A DNA stretch of 24,000 bases from Desulfobacula sp. Its GTDB lineage: Bacteria > Desulfobacterota > Desulfobacteria > Desulfobacterales > Desulfobacteraceae. Positions 1 through 7,809 of the stretch are shown here, in pieces; position 1 is the first letter of the stretch; every line of letters begins with the position of its first letter. A program made the position numbers and the translations under genes. Below the pieces are notes generated by a model that saw only the letters and a program-made list of their open reading frames with translations, had not been told where the DNA came from and searched no databases. The stretch spans positions 116,622 to 140,621 of the forward strand of contig NZ_JAQYWD010000004.1 in the NCBI RefSeq assembly GCF_030145145.1. Direction: 5' to 3'.

Positions 1-586
1 TAATCATGGTTTGAATATTTTTTTGACTGTCCCGGATATCATTTAGCAGTGGTAAAACAGCCTCTGCATACCCATCCGACTCTTCCAGCGCCTTTTTCAA
101 ATGCAGGGAGGACACGGCAATTGAGGCATTAAACCCCTCTATGAGTGCCAGCTTGTCACCCAGTATATAATTAAAGGCATTTATCTTTTGGGCCAGTTCT
201 TTGCCTTCATCCTTTTTTCGCAACCGGATGGGATGAGAGATATCGCCTTCGATCATTTCATCAACGGTTTTTTCAAACCGGTAAAACGGACCTGCCACCC
301 GGTGGGTTAGAAATAAGGTAATGAGGAGTACACCGCCCCCCCCGAAAACGATCAACAGCCACTGGGTGCTGAGGATCTTTTTAAACAGTATTCCCGGGGT
401 TAACCCAATCTGCAGATGATAATCATCAAACACAATCGAGAGTGTATTTAAAGAAAAAAAACTGAATACCGCCACAAACAGGAGGCTTCCCATTACAGTC
501 AGCAGGAAATAATTAAACAGATACCGCCCTTGAAATTCTTTGTTGATAAAATAATTGCGTCGCTTATACTGGAGCCGGTTCGTCAT
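1..586 (-). CDS. Small membrane protein with two TM segments and a HAMP-like linker. It is partial: the 3' end runs off the left edge of the window.
   Basis: My own translation of the minus strand from the ATG at about 586 gives MTNRLQYKRRNYFINKEFQGRYLFNYFLLTVMGSLLFVAVF...WLLIVFGGGGVLLITLFLTHRVAGPFYRFEKTVDEMIEGDISHPIRLRKKDEGKELAQKINAFN.... It has two hydrophobic helices and a THRxAGPxYRxE HAMP-type motif. The start overlaps the stop of the upstream gene (ATGA). It is absent from the ORF track because no stop lies in the window. Confidence 0.6.
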   Translation of the reverse strand, partial: MTNRLQYKRRNYFINKEFQGRYLFNYFLLTVMGSLLFVAVFSFFSLNTLSIVFDDYHLQIGLTPGILFKKILSTQWLLIVFGGGGVLLITLFLTHRVAGPFYRFEKTVDEMIEGDISHPIRLRKKDEGKELAQKINAFNYILGDKLALIEGFNASIAVSSLHLKKALEESDGYAEAVLPLLNDIRDSQKNIQTMI

Positions 587-1314
587 TTTTTCCTCCATAT
601 GTCTGCTGATGCCTTTATGGCACGGGTCCATTCATCCAACCGCTGTTCTTTTTTTTTATCCTGGATAAAGAGCGACACGCGTTTCATATCCACCGCCTGA
701 ACCGAATCCCCCGGCTGTTTTTTTTGGATATCATCCAGCCGGTAAACAGACACGCCATAGGCATCCGCCCGGGGATTTGAAGATTCCCCGGGGCTAAGGG
801 GCAATACGATAAATTTCAAATCATCAGACAAGTCGATAAAATCAGCATTAATTTTTTCAACGGTTTCATTGGTTTTTGCCTGTGCATCTTTCATGCTGGG
901 ATACACCTGCTTGGTCAATGACAGTGTTTGCTGACACAATCTCTCGTAGGCTGCCAGTTCGTCCGGGGTGACCGCCACCACCAGGGATGACAATTTCCGG
1001 TCCAGGAGAATTTTAATCAACGACTGTTCATAGAAATTTTCAACCGATTGCCGAAAACTTTCTTCTGTATTAATTTTCATGCGGATGGCTTCCTGGATCA
1101 GCAATTGCCGGTCAATGACCGATTCGATAAATTGTGCCCGGCTCATGTAGGACGGTTTTCTTTTCAGCATGGTTTCAAATTCATCTTCAGAAATAATCCG
1201 GTCGTTTATGGATAACACCGGTGATGACATTTCAACACGGGTATCCACCAGTCCATAGACGGCCAGGCCGGAACACACCATCATGATCACAATAATGTAG
1301 TAAATATACTTCAT
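583..1314 (-). CDS. Periplasmic SurA-N/PpiD-like chaperone-like protein with an N-terminal membrane anchor or signal
   Basis: 243-aa ORF. It has a hydrophobic N-terminus (YYIIVIMMVCSGLAVYGL) followed by the INDRIISEDEFE...FIESVIDRQLLIQEAIRMKI pattern typical of SurA N-terminal-type chaperone domains. The family assignment comes from motif resemblance only. Confidence 0.5.
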   Translation of the reverse strand: MKYIYYIIVIMMVCSGLAVYGLVDTRVEMSSPVLSINDRIISEDEFETMLKRKPSYMSRAQFIESVIDRQLLIQEAIRMKINTEESFRQSVENFYEQSLIKILLDRKLSSLVVAVTPDELAAYERLCQQTLSLTKQVYPSMKDAQAKTNETVEKINADFIDLSDDLKFIVLPLSPGESSNPRADAYGVSVYRLDDIQKKQPGDSVQAVDMKRVSLFIQDKKKEQRLDEWTRAIKASADIWRKK

Positions 1315-1374
1315 CCTTGTTTTGTCCTTTACCTCAACTTATTGAAGACCGAACGTTGAGTCCTTTAATTAAAA

Positions 1375-1830
1375 TTAATCGTCAACAATCAGTCGGCCGG
1401 TATTTCTCTCCACCTGAATGCAGCGGTCATCATAGAGCCTTTGCATACCATAGTCTTTAATATTCGTTATTTCAAGATCCGGCAGGCCATTGTCCCGCAG
1501 CCATTTTCGAATAATCGGCACCTGATCGGGATCCTCTACCCGGGCCGTGAAAATTTTAACCCGTATGCCGTTGTTGATCATTTTTTTAACCAGTGCCAGC
1601 ATGGCGGGAACCGGTTCGCCCACCTTGCCATATGCGGCTGTCCGGCTATAATGGGCCAGGGTTCCGTCAAGGTCCACGCCGGTCCAGATCCTGGGGCGTT
1701 CCCGGGTTGATGTGTCAAACGCGTCAGGCGTATCCGCCCTTGCCGGACCAGGGGACCCAATGGCATATTCCCTGGACACCTGCTCTTTTGCTTTTTTAAA
1801 ATATTTTTTTATTGAATTTAGCATGGTCAT
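1375..1830 (-). CDS. Small HAD-superfamily phosphatase-like protein
   Basis: 151-aa ORF with HAD motif I DLDGT (VDLDGTLAHY), a later T in KIFTARV and an acidic motif in LYDDRC. The longer alternative-frame ORFs overlapping it are shadows. Confidence 0.55.
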   Translation of the reverse strand: MTMLNSIKKYFKKAKEQVSREYAIGSPGPARADTPDAFDTSTRERPRIWTGVDLDGTLAHYSRTAAYGKVGEPVPAMLALVKKMINNGIRVKIFTARVEDPDQVPIIRKWLRDNGLPDLEITNIKDYGMQRLYDDRCIQVERNTGRLIVDD

Positions 1831-1877
1831 TTATATAATATAAAATTTGTTGAAAACAAATAAAAAGGGAGTTTCTG

Positions 1878-2798
1878 TTGAAAAAAGTCATATGTCTGAT
1901 GATACTGCTCGTATCTTTATCTGCCCCCGGGTTCGCCGACACCCAGAAAGACCTGTTTGAAACTGGGGTTCGCCTGTTCAAACAAGGGCACTACCAGAAA
2001 GCGGTGGAGAGGTTTTCACAGTTGATCCAACTGGCTCCCGACCATGCAGATGCCTACAAAAACCGGGGGGTATCCTACATGAAACTGGAAAAATTTGATC
2101 TTGCGATCCAGGATTTTGAAACCGCAAAAACATTGTTTCCAGAACTGAAAGGACTCTATAGTAACCTTGGCGTGGCCTGGTATTACAAGAAAGACTATGA
2201 AAAAGCCATAGAAAGCTATGATACTGAAATCCAGATGGATTCAGAAAACCATGTGGCCTATTTTAACCGGGCCCTGTGCCTTGCTGAACTGGGCAGAAAC
2301 ACGGATGCCCTTGATGACCTGTCCAGAACACTGGCCCTTAAACCTGAATTTTACTGGGCCCTCTGCTATAAGGCGGATCTGCTTGCCCTGTCCGGGCAGG
2401 ATATCCAGGCCATCAAAGCCTATGAAGCCGCCATCCGCCAGGACCCGGAAGACACGTATGCCCGGGAAAAACGGGTGCAGCTCAAGCAAAAAATGGGCAC
2501 CAAAGAATCGCCTGACCTGCCCAAGCCCCCTTTGGGAAACCCAAAAGAGGATCCGCTTCAATATACCCTTCAGGCCGGCGCATTTCTCAATCCAACCAAT
2601 GCCGACAAAATGAACACCAGATTACGGGATAACGGTTTTGATGCAAGGATACTGACACTCAAAGGGGCCAAAAACAAAACCTGGTACCTGGTCAGGTCAG
2701 GCCATTATGCAACAAAGGATGCCGCTCATAAGGCCGCTGAAATGCTAATGCAGACCCTTGCCGTAACATCGGTGGTCCGCACCAGGGACTCCTGGTAA
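1878..2798 (+). CDS. Secreted protein or lipoprotein with TPR repeats and a C-terminal SPOR (peptidoglycan-binding) domain
   Basis: 306-aa ORF with a TTG start 7 nt after GGGAG. The signal peptide is MKKVICLMILLVSLSAPGFA. Repeated A..Y..G..Y......A...F TPR-like units are present. The C-terminus YTLQAGAFLNPTNADKMNTRLRDNGFDARILT...WYLVRSGHYATKDAAHKAA resembles a SPOR domain. Confidence 0.7.
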   Translation: MKKVICLMILLVSLSAPGFADTQKDLFETGVRLFKQGHYQKAVERFSQLIQLAPDHADAYKNRGVSYMKLEKFDLAIQDFETAKTLFPELKGLYSNLGVAWYYKKDYEKAIESYDTEIQMDSENHVAYFNRALCLAELGRNTDALDDLSRTLALKPEFYWALCYKADLLALSGQDIQAIKAYEAAIRQDPEDTYAREKRVQLKQKMGTKESPDLPKPPLGNPKEDPLQYTLQAGAFLNPTNADKMNTRLRDNGFDARILTLKGAKNKTWYLVRSGHYATKDAAHKAAEMLMQTLAVTSVVRTRDSW

Positions 2799-2816
2799 AA
2801 GACGCTGACAGTGGAA

Positions 2817-3887
2817 TCAGACTGAAAACCGGATGTTCAAGATATCGCCATCTTCAACTGTATAGTCTTTGCCTTCCACATAAATTCTGCCCGCCTTCTT
2901 GAGTTCAGCCTCACTGCCGGCTTCCATGAGGTCATCATATTTAAAGACCTCTGCCCGGATAAAGCCCCTTTCAAGATCGGAATGGATGACCCCGGCGGCC
3001 CTGGGGGCTCTTGCGCCCTTCCTGACCAGCCACTGGCGGACTTCATCTTTTCCCACGGTAAAAAAAGAAATCAGGTTCAACGATTTTAAACACAGCTTTG
3101 TCAGACTCTCAAGGGCTGTCTGGGTGATGCCAAGGTCCTGGAGGAACTCCTCTTTTTCTTCCTGGGTATCCAGCAGGGCAATCTCGGCCTCAACCTTTGC
3201 AGACACCAGCATGACTTCAATCTCCTGGGTTTCACAGCGAAGTTGAAACTGTGACAGCAACGGGCCACTTTCCAGGTCCTCTTCAGATACATTAACGGCG
3301 ATGACCAGTTTTTTCCGGGTAATAAACGGATAACTCCGGATCATCTTTTCTTCATCATCTGTTAATTCAATCCGTCTTAACGGGGTTTCCGATTCAAGGA
3401 ACTCTTTCAGGCGGCCCATCAGAACCAGCTCTTTTTGCTGATCCTCATCTTTTATTTTTTTGACCATTGCCTCCAGACGGTCGATGCGTTTTTCAACAAA
3501 TATCTGATCATGCATGATCAGTTCTGAATTGACCATTTCAAAATCTCTTATGGCATCCACAGAGCCTTCCGCATGGTAAATGGCATCATCTTCAAAGGCC
3601 CGGACCACATGGCAGATGGCATCCATGTCCGCGATATCCTTGAAAATGGATCCCTTGGCAATGGTTTCCGCTTCCATTTTCGGCAGCAATACAAGATCAA
3701 TTCTGGCCCTGACATTTTTTTTAGGGTCGTACATCTCCACCAGCCGATTAAATCTTGAATCAAGAATATCTGCAGCGCCGGGAACAGGCTTAGCTGCTTT
3801 GGACGGTTCTTTGATTTCATTTCCCGTTAAAATCTGAAACAATGTTTTTTTGCCTGTCTGGGGCAGGCCGATAATTCCAACCTTCAT
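2817..3887 (-). CDS. ychF: YchF-family (Obg-like) ribosome-associated ATPase, a divergent G-domain variant
   Basis: 356 aa. The P-loop is GIIGLPQTGKKTLF. The C-terminal TGS-like region (FFTVGKDEVRQW...APRAAGVIHSDLERGFIRAEV...EGKDYTVEDGDILNIRFSV) aligns closely with my recollection of E. coli YchF (FFTAGVKEVRAW...IHTDFEKGFIRAQ...EGKDYIVKDGDVLNFLFNV). Confidence 0.85.
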   Translation of the reverse strand: MKVGIIGLPQTGKKTLFQILTGNEIKEPSKAAKPVPGAADILDSRFNRLVEMYDPKKNVRARIDLVLLPKMEAETIAKGSIFKDIADMDAICHVVRAFEDDAIYHAEGSVDAIRDFEMVNSELIMHDQIFVEKRIDRLEAMVKKIKDEDQQKELVLMGRLKEFLESETPLRRIELTDDEEKMIRSYPFITRKKLVIAVNVSEEDLESGPLLSQFQLRCETQEIEVMLVSAKVEAEIALLDTQEEKEEFLQDLGITQTALESLTKLCLKSLNLISFFTVGKDEVRQWLVRKGARAPRAAGVIHSDLERGFIRAEVFKYDDLMEAGSEAELKKAGRIYVEGKDYTVEDGDILNIRFSV

Positions 3888-3903
3888 GGGGTATGCGGTA
3901 TCC

Positions 3904-4218
3904 TTAAATTAAGTTAATTTTTTGTTTTTCCACCACTTGATTTTGCCGGTATAAAATCGCCACATGCCCTATCATGCCGGCGACATGGGATTTGGTAGCT
4001 TTGGCAACCGCCTGGATCAAGGCATTTTTTTGATCTTTTTCTTTAAAATCATTAAATTTCACTTTGATCAGTTCCGTGGCTTCAAGCGCTGTATCAACTT
4101 CTTCAATCAGCGCTTGGGTAACCCCCTTCTGACCGATAAATACAGCAGGGTTCAAATTATGGGCAAGCCCCCTTAAGTATTTCCGTTGTGATCCTTTTAA
4201 GTCTTTCAAGTCATGCAT
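3904..4218 (-). CDS. yhbY: YhbY/CRS1-type RNA-binding ribosome-assembly protein
   Basis: 104 aa. LKGSQRKYLRGLAHNLNPAVFIGQKGVTQALIEEVDTALEATELIKVK matches the YhbY pattern (KQHLKGLAHPLKPVVLLG..GLT..V..EI..AL..HELIKVK). It lies 17 nt upstream of ychF on the same strand, so the two are probably an operon. Confidence 0.85.
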   Translation of the reverse strand: MHDLKDLKGSQRKYLRGLAHNLNPAVFIGQKGVTQALIEEVDTALEATELIKVKFNDFKEKDQKNALIQAVAKATKSHVAGMIGHVAILYRQNQVVEKQKINLI

Positions 4219-4426
4219 CCTTTAAAATATGGGTTAAGATAGATATCATATCATATAAAAAATAAGTTTTACAGTATAGTTGACCGCTCAATTTAAAAAT
4301 TAATTTGCCTTGCACCCCAATATATTGTAAACTAACTGCTTATTTAAAGTTACTGGAGTAAGGCACTATTTTCCAGTACTTTTATCGTTAACTCATGTTC
4401 ATTTTAAATTTAAAAAGACGTCTCAT

Positions 4427-6403
4427 ATGGATGTAAAACCAACTTATGAAGCATTGGAACAAAGGGTTCAAGAATTAGAGAAGTCTGAGAATAAACTGCG
4501 GGAAAGCGAAGAACGGTTTCGCGTGGCATTCCATACAAGTCCTGATGCAATCAATCTCAACAGGATTTCTGATGGAATGTATATCGATATCAATGAGGGG
4601 TTCAGCAGACTCACGGGGTATACCCGGGATGATATTTTTGGAAAAACCTCCCTTTCCCTGGACATCTGGGAAAACCCTGAAGACAGAAAACGACTGGTCG
4701 ATGGTTTGTCGCGGACAGGCCATGTGGAAAACCTGGAGGCCCGGTTTGTCCGAAAAGACAGAACTGTCGGCGTGGGCTTGATGTCCGCCCGGACCTTGCA
4801 AATCAATAATGAAATGGTCATTTTATCCGTAACCCGGGACATTACTACACTCAAAAAATCCGAGGTGGCATTGCGGAAGAGTGAAGAAAAATTCCGCCAA
4901 ATTTATAATAATATTCTGGATGTCTATTATGAAGCAAGCCTGGATGGGATTCTTTTAGAAATCAGCCCTTCAATTGAAAAAGTTTCTCAGTATAAGCGGG
5001 AAGAGCTTATCGGTAAATCACTCTATGAGATTTATACCCATCCTGGCGATCGGGATACCCTTATTGAGATAATTTTAGACAAGGAAATTGTCAAAGACTA
5101 TGAACTGAACCTTACAGATAAAAACAACACCCAACATATCTGTTCCATAAATATCGAACTGGTCAAAGACACAGCAGGTCGCCCGTTAAAGATAGTTGGT
5201 ATTTTTCGTGATATTTCAGATCGAAAAAAAATGGAAGATGAAAAAATTAACGCGCAAAAAATTGCAAATGAACATGAAAAACTGGCATTGGTGGGACAGG
5301 TCGCAGGAAAAATGGCCCATGATTTTAATAATGTCCTGGGGATTATCATGGGGAACGCCGAGCTCTCTCTTTTGGATTGCAAGGATGCTGAAACAAAACA
5401 GACCCTCGAATTGATATACCAGCAAACCATACGCGGTAAAAATTTAATAAAAAACCTGGTGGCATTTGCCAAAGACCAGGAACCCAAGCAGGAATTTTTT
5501 AAAATAAATGAAAAAATTGATCTTGTCATAAACCTGCTGAGAAAAGATTTGGACGGCATTGAGCTGATAACGGAAACCAAACCCGGAATACCGGATTTAC
5601 TAGCAGATCCCGGAATGATCGAACATGCCCTTGTAAACCTGATTCAAAACGCCATTCATGCCACCAGTAAGGCGGATGATCCGATGATCACCCTGCGATC
5701 GTATTGCCTTGACAATACGATCTGTTTTGAAATTCAGGACAATGGATGCGGCATCCCCAAAGAGCATTTAACCCATATTTTTGATCCCTCTTTTACCCTG
5801 AAGGGCAACAAGGACGTGACAGGTTCATATGCTCGGGGTATTAACGGCACCGGGTATGGGATGTCCAATGTTAAAAAATATATCGAACTGCACAAGGGTG
5901 ATCTTTCATTTGAATCCAAACCGGGCTCAGGAACAACCTTTACCATCTGTCTGCCGATTATTCGAAAACGATTAACCCGGCAGGAAAAAACAGATCTCCG
6001 GAAAGACATCACCTGTTCTGGAAAATATATTCTACTGGTTGAAGATGAAACCGCTATCTCAGATGTACAATACACGGTATTAACCCAGGATCCCTGCAGC
6101 CATAAAGTGGATATTGCCAATAACGGAACCGTTGCCATGGATTTGTTCAATCGAAATAAATATGATTTGATCAGTTTAGATCATGTTCTGCCAGGAAAAA
6201 CAAGTGGGATGGACGTGTATAAGCATATTCGACGAACCAACCAAACCCTTCCCATACTGTTTATTTCGGGCAATATCGAATTCCTGGAGTCGATAAAGGG
6301 TCTCAAACAAAAGGATGTCAATATTGCGCATCAATCAAAACCCTGTCAAAATAAAGAATATGTAAACAGCATCAACAACCTGCTCAAAAGGAGGCTGAAA
6401 TGA
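4427..6403 (+). CDS. Cytoplasmic hybrid sensor histidine kinase with architecture PAS-PAS-HisKA-HATPase_c-REC
   Basis: 658 aa with no TM segment. There are two PAS-like blocks (ERFRVAFHTSPDAINLNR...VTRDITTLK and EKFRQIYNNILDVYYEA...IFRDISDRKK). The H-box is AGKMAHDFNNVLGII, the N-box LVNLIQNAIHA, and the G-boxes are IQDNGCGIP and GTGYGMS. The C-terminal receiver reads ILLVEDE...DLISLDHVLPG...PILFISG...SKP. Confidence 0.9.
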   Translation: MDVKPTYEALEQRVQELEKSENKLRESEERFRVAFHTSPDAINLNRISDGMYIDINEGFSRLTGYTRDDIFGKTSLSLDIWENPEDRKRLVDGLSRTGHVENLEARFVRKDRTVGVGLMSARTLQINNEMVILSVTRDITTLKKSEVALRKSEEKFRQIYNNILDVYYEASLDGILLEISPSIEKVSQYKREELIGKSLYEIYTHPGDRDTLIEIILDKEIVKDYELNLTDKNNTQHICSINIELVKDTAGRPLKIVGIFRDISDRKKMEDEKINAQKIANEHEKLALVGQVAGKMAHDFNNVLGIIMGNAELSLLDCKDAETKQTLELIYQQTIRGKNLIKNLVAFAKDQEPKQEFFKINEKIDLVINLLRKDLDGIELITETKPGIPDLLADPGMIEHALVNLIQNAIHATSKADDPMITLRSYCLDNTICFEIQDNGCGIPKEHLTHIFDPSFTLKGNKDVTGSYARGINGTGYGMSNVKKYIELHKGDLSFESKPGSGTTFTICLPIIRKRLTRQEKTDLRKDITCSGKYILLVEDETAISDVQYTVLTQDPCSHKVDIANNGTVAMDLFNRNKYDLISLDHVLPGKTSGMDVYKHIRRTNQTLPILFISGNIEFLESIKGLKQKDVNIAHQSKPCQNKEYVNSINNLLKRRLK

Positions 6404-6615
6404 CAACACAAAAGATAACGTTGACAATTGACGGCATGAGTTGCGGCCATTGCTCGACAATGGTCCAGAGAACCCTTGACGCAATTGAGGGTATTTCCAA
6501 TGTATCGGTGGATCTTGACGGGAAACAGGCCCGGTTTGATACGGATACGCCAGCACGCATTGAGACCGCTATTCAACAGATAAATGAAGCCGGTTATACG
6601 GCATCACGGCCGTAG
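6400..6615 (+). CDS. Heavy-metal-associated (HMA) domain metallochaperone, CopZ/MerP-like, with no signal peptide
   Basis: 71 aa. ITLTIDGMSCGHCSTMVQRTLDAIEG carries the GMxCxxC metal-binding loop of the HMA fold. A strong RBS (AAGGAGG) sits 5 nt upstream. The ATG overlaps the kinase stop (ATGA at 6400-6403). Confidence 0.85.
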   Translation: MTTQKITLTIDGMSCGHCSTMVQRTLDAIEGISNVSVDLDGKQARFDTDTPARIETAIQQINEAGYTASRP

Positions 6616-6619
6616 TCCA

Positions 6620-7786
6620 ATGGCTTCTCCGGTTCAACCCAGACAGACCCTCTCAACCCCGGGCGTTACAATCCTGTCGGGTATGGATGGGCAAATTCCC
6701 GCCGGTCTGCCCGTGAGTGCCGCCCCCCTGGCAGCACATGAAAAACCGGGCTATAGGATGTGTTCATATGTAAAAACATTCATCAAAACCGATGCAGGGC
6801 ATATTCCCATCATCACCTCCCTGCTGGGAAAAGCAGACCTTTTTTCAACTTTTTATGTCAGATGCGGCATCAACCGACATCAATATACAGTGGCTCCCGG
6901 ACTTTACGGCATTGGAGAGCCGGATAAAACTTCTGACGTACTGGTGACAGCAAATTTTAAATTGACCTTTGATCACCTGAGAAAGGCACTTGCACACGTG
7001 AATGCATGGATCCTTGTCCTGGATACAAACGGCGTCAATGTCTGGTGTGCGGCAGGCAAGGGAACCTTTTCCACCCGGGAACTGGTGACAAGGATTAAAA
7101 CCACGTCCCTTGATAAAATTGTGGATCACAAAAGGGTCATCGTTCCCCAACTGGGTGCCACGGGTGTGTCTGCAAAGGATGTGAAAACTCAGTCCGGGTT
7201 CAGGGTGGTATATGGTCCCATCCGGGCCAATGATATTCCGGTTTTTTTACAGAACCATAGAATCGCGGACAAACAGATGCGACAGATCACCTTCAGCCTG
7301 TATGAACGGTTTATTCTCACCCCCGTGGAAATTCAGATGGCGCTGAAACCATCTTTGATCGCCATCATTGCCCTGTTCATCCTTTCAGGTTTTGGCCCGG
7401 GTATATTTTCTTTTTCCGGGGCCTGGGAAAGAGGGGTCCTGGCGGTTTATGCCCTGGTGGCCGGCATCATTTCCGGGGCCATTGCTACCCCGGTACTCCT
7501 GCCCTTTATTCCCTCCAGGGCCTTTGCCCTCAAGGGGATCATTGTTGGAAGTATCTTTGCCGTACTTGTTTTGCTGCCAATGGCAAATACCATTAACGGC
7601 ATCGCCGGAGGCCTGGCACTTTTTTTATTCAGTGTGACCATCAGCTCGTATCTGGCCATGAACTTTACCGGGGCAACACCGTTCACCTCACCTTCCGGGG
7701 TTGAACACGAGATGAAACAGTACATCCCGGTGCAGTTGGCGTGCCTTGCGATATCAACCGGGCTGTGGATATATGCTGCCTTTTAA
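6620..7786 (+). CDS. hgcA: HgcA, the corrinoid protein of the mercury-methylation pair: a cap-helix corrinoid-binding domain plus a C-terminal multi-TM domain
   Basis: It contains the diagnostic HgcA cap-helix motif NVWCAAGKG at nt 7037-7063, with the Cys codon at 7046-7048. Flanking matches are PGYRM.SYV...YTVAPGLYGIGEPDKTSDVLVTANFKLTFDHLRKAL...WILVLDTNGVNVWCAAGKGTFST.ELV, followed by about 4-5 hydrophobic helices. The start is uncertain. The track ORF opens at 6584, inside the HMA gene. ATG 6620, 4 nt after the HMA stop, is used here, and ATG 6683 is an alternative. Confidence 0.88.
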   Translation: MASPVQPRQTLSTPGVTILSGMDGQIPAGLPVSAAPLAAHEKPGYRMCSYVKTFIKTDAGHIPIITSLLGKADLFSTFYVRCGINRHQYTVAPGLYGIGEPDKTSDVLVTANFKLTFDHLRKALAHVNAWILVLDTNGVNVWCAAGKGTFSTRELVTRIKTTSLDKIVDHKRVIVPQLGATGVSAKDVKTQSGFRVVYGPIRANDIPVFLQNHRIADKQMRQITFSLYERFILTPVEIQMALKPSLIAIIALFILSGFGPGIFSFSGAWERGVLAVYALVAGIISGAIATPVLLPFIPSRAFALKGIIVGSIFAVLVLLPMANTINGIAGGLALFLFSVTISSYLAMNFTGATPFTSPSGVEHEMKQYIPVQLACLAISTGLWIYAAF

Positions 7787-7809
7787 ACCGAACGTTAAAG
7801 GAGTCAACC

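Noticed and set aside
4281-4335. Sigma70- or sigma54-like hexamers upstream of the hybrid kinase (TTGACC, TTGCAC...TAAACT, TTGCCTTGCAC)
   Set aside because: The spacings do not fit. TTGCAC to TAAACT is about 12 nt, and there is no GG-N10-GC arrangement. I cannot support a specific promoter call.
6584-6620. Possibility that the HMA gene and hgcA are joined by programmed frameshifting into a fusion protein
   Set aside because: The frames overlap by 32 nt, but I see no slippery heptamer or stimulatory structure. A separate start at 6620 with translational coupling is the simpler reading.
7741-7809. Upstream extension of the hgcB ORF, using the track start at 7741
   Set aside because: It would overlap hgcA by 46 nt and add 23 residues before the MKDIRYL N-terminus. 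The ATG at 7810 has a well-spaced AAGGAG, and with that start the TGA falls at codon 73 and the CC pair at the C-terminus.
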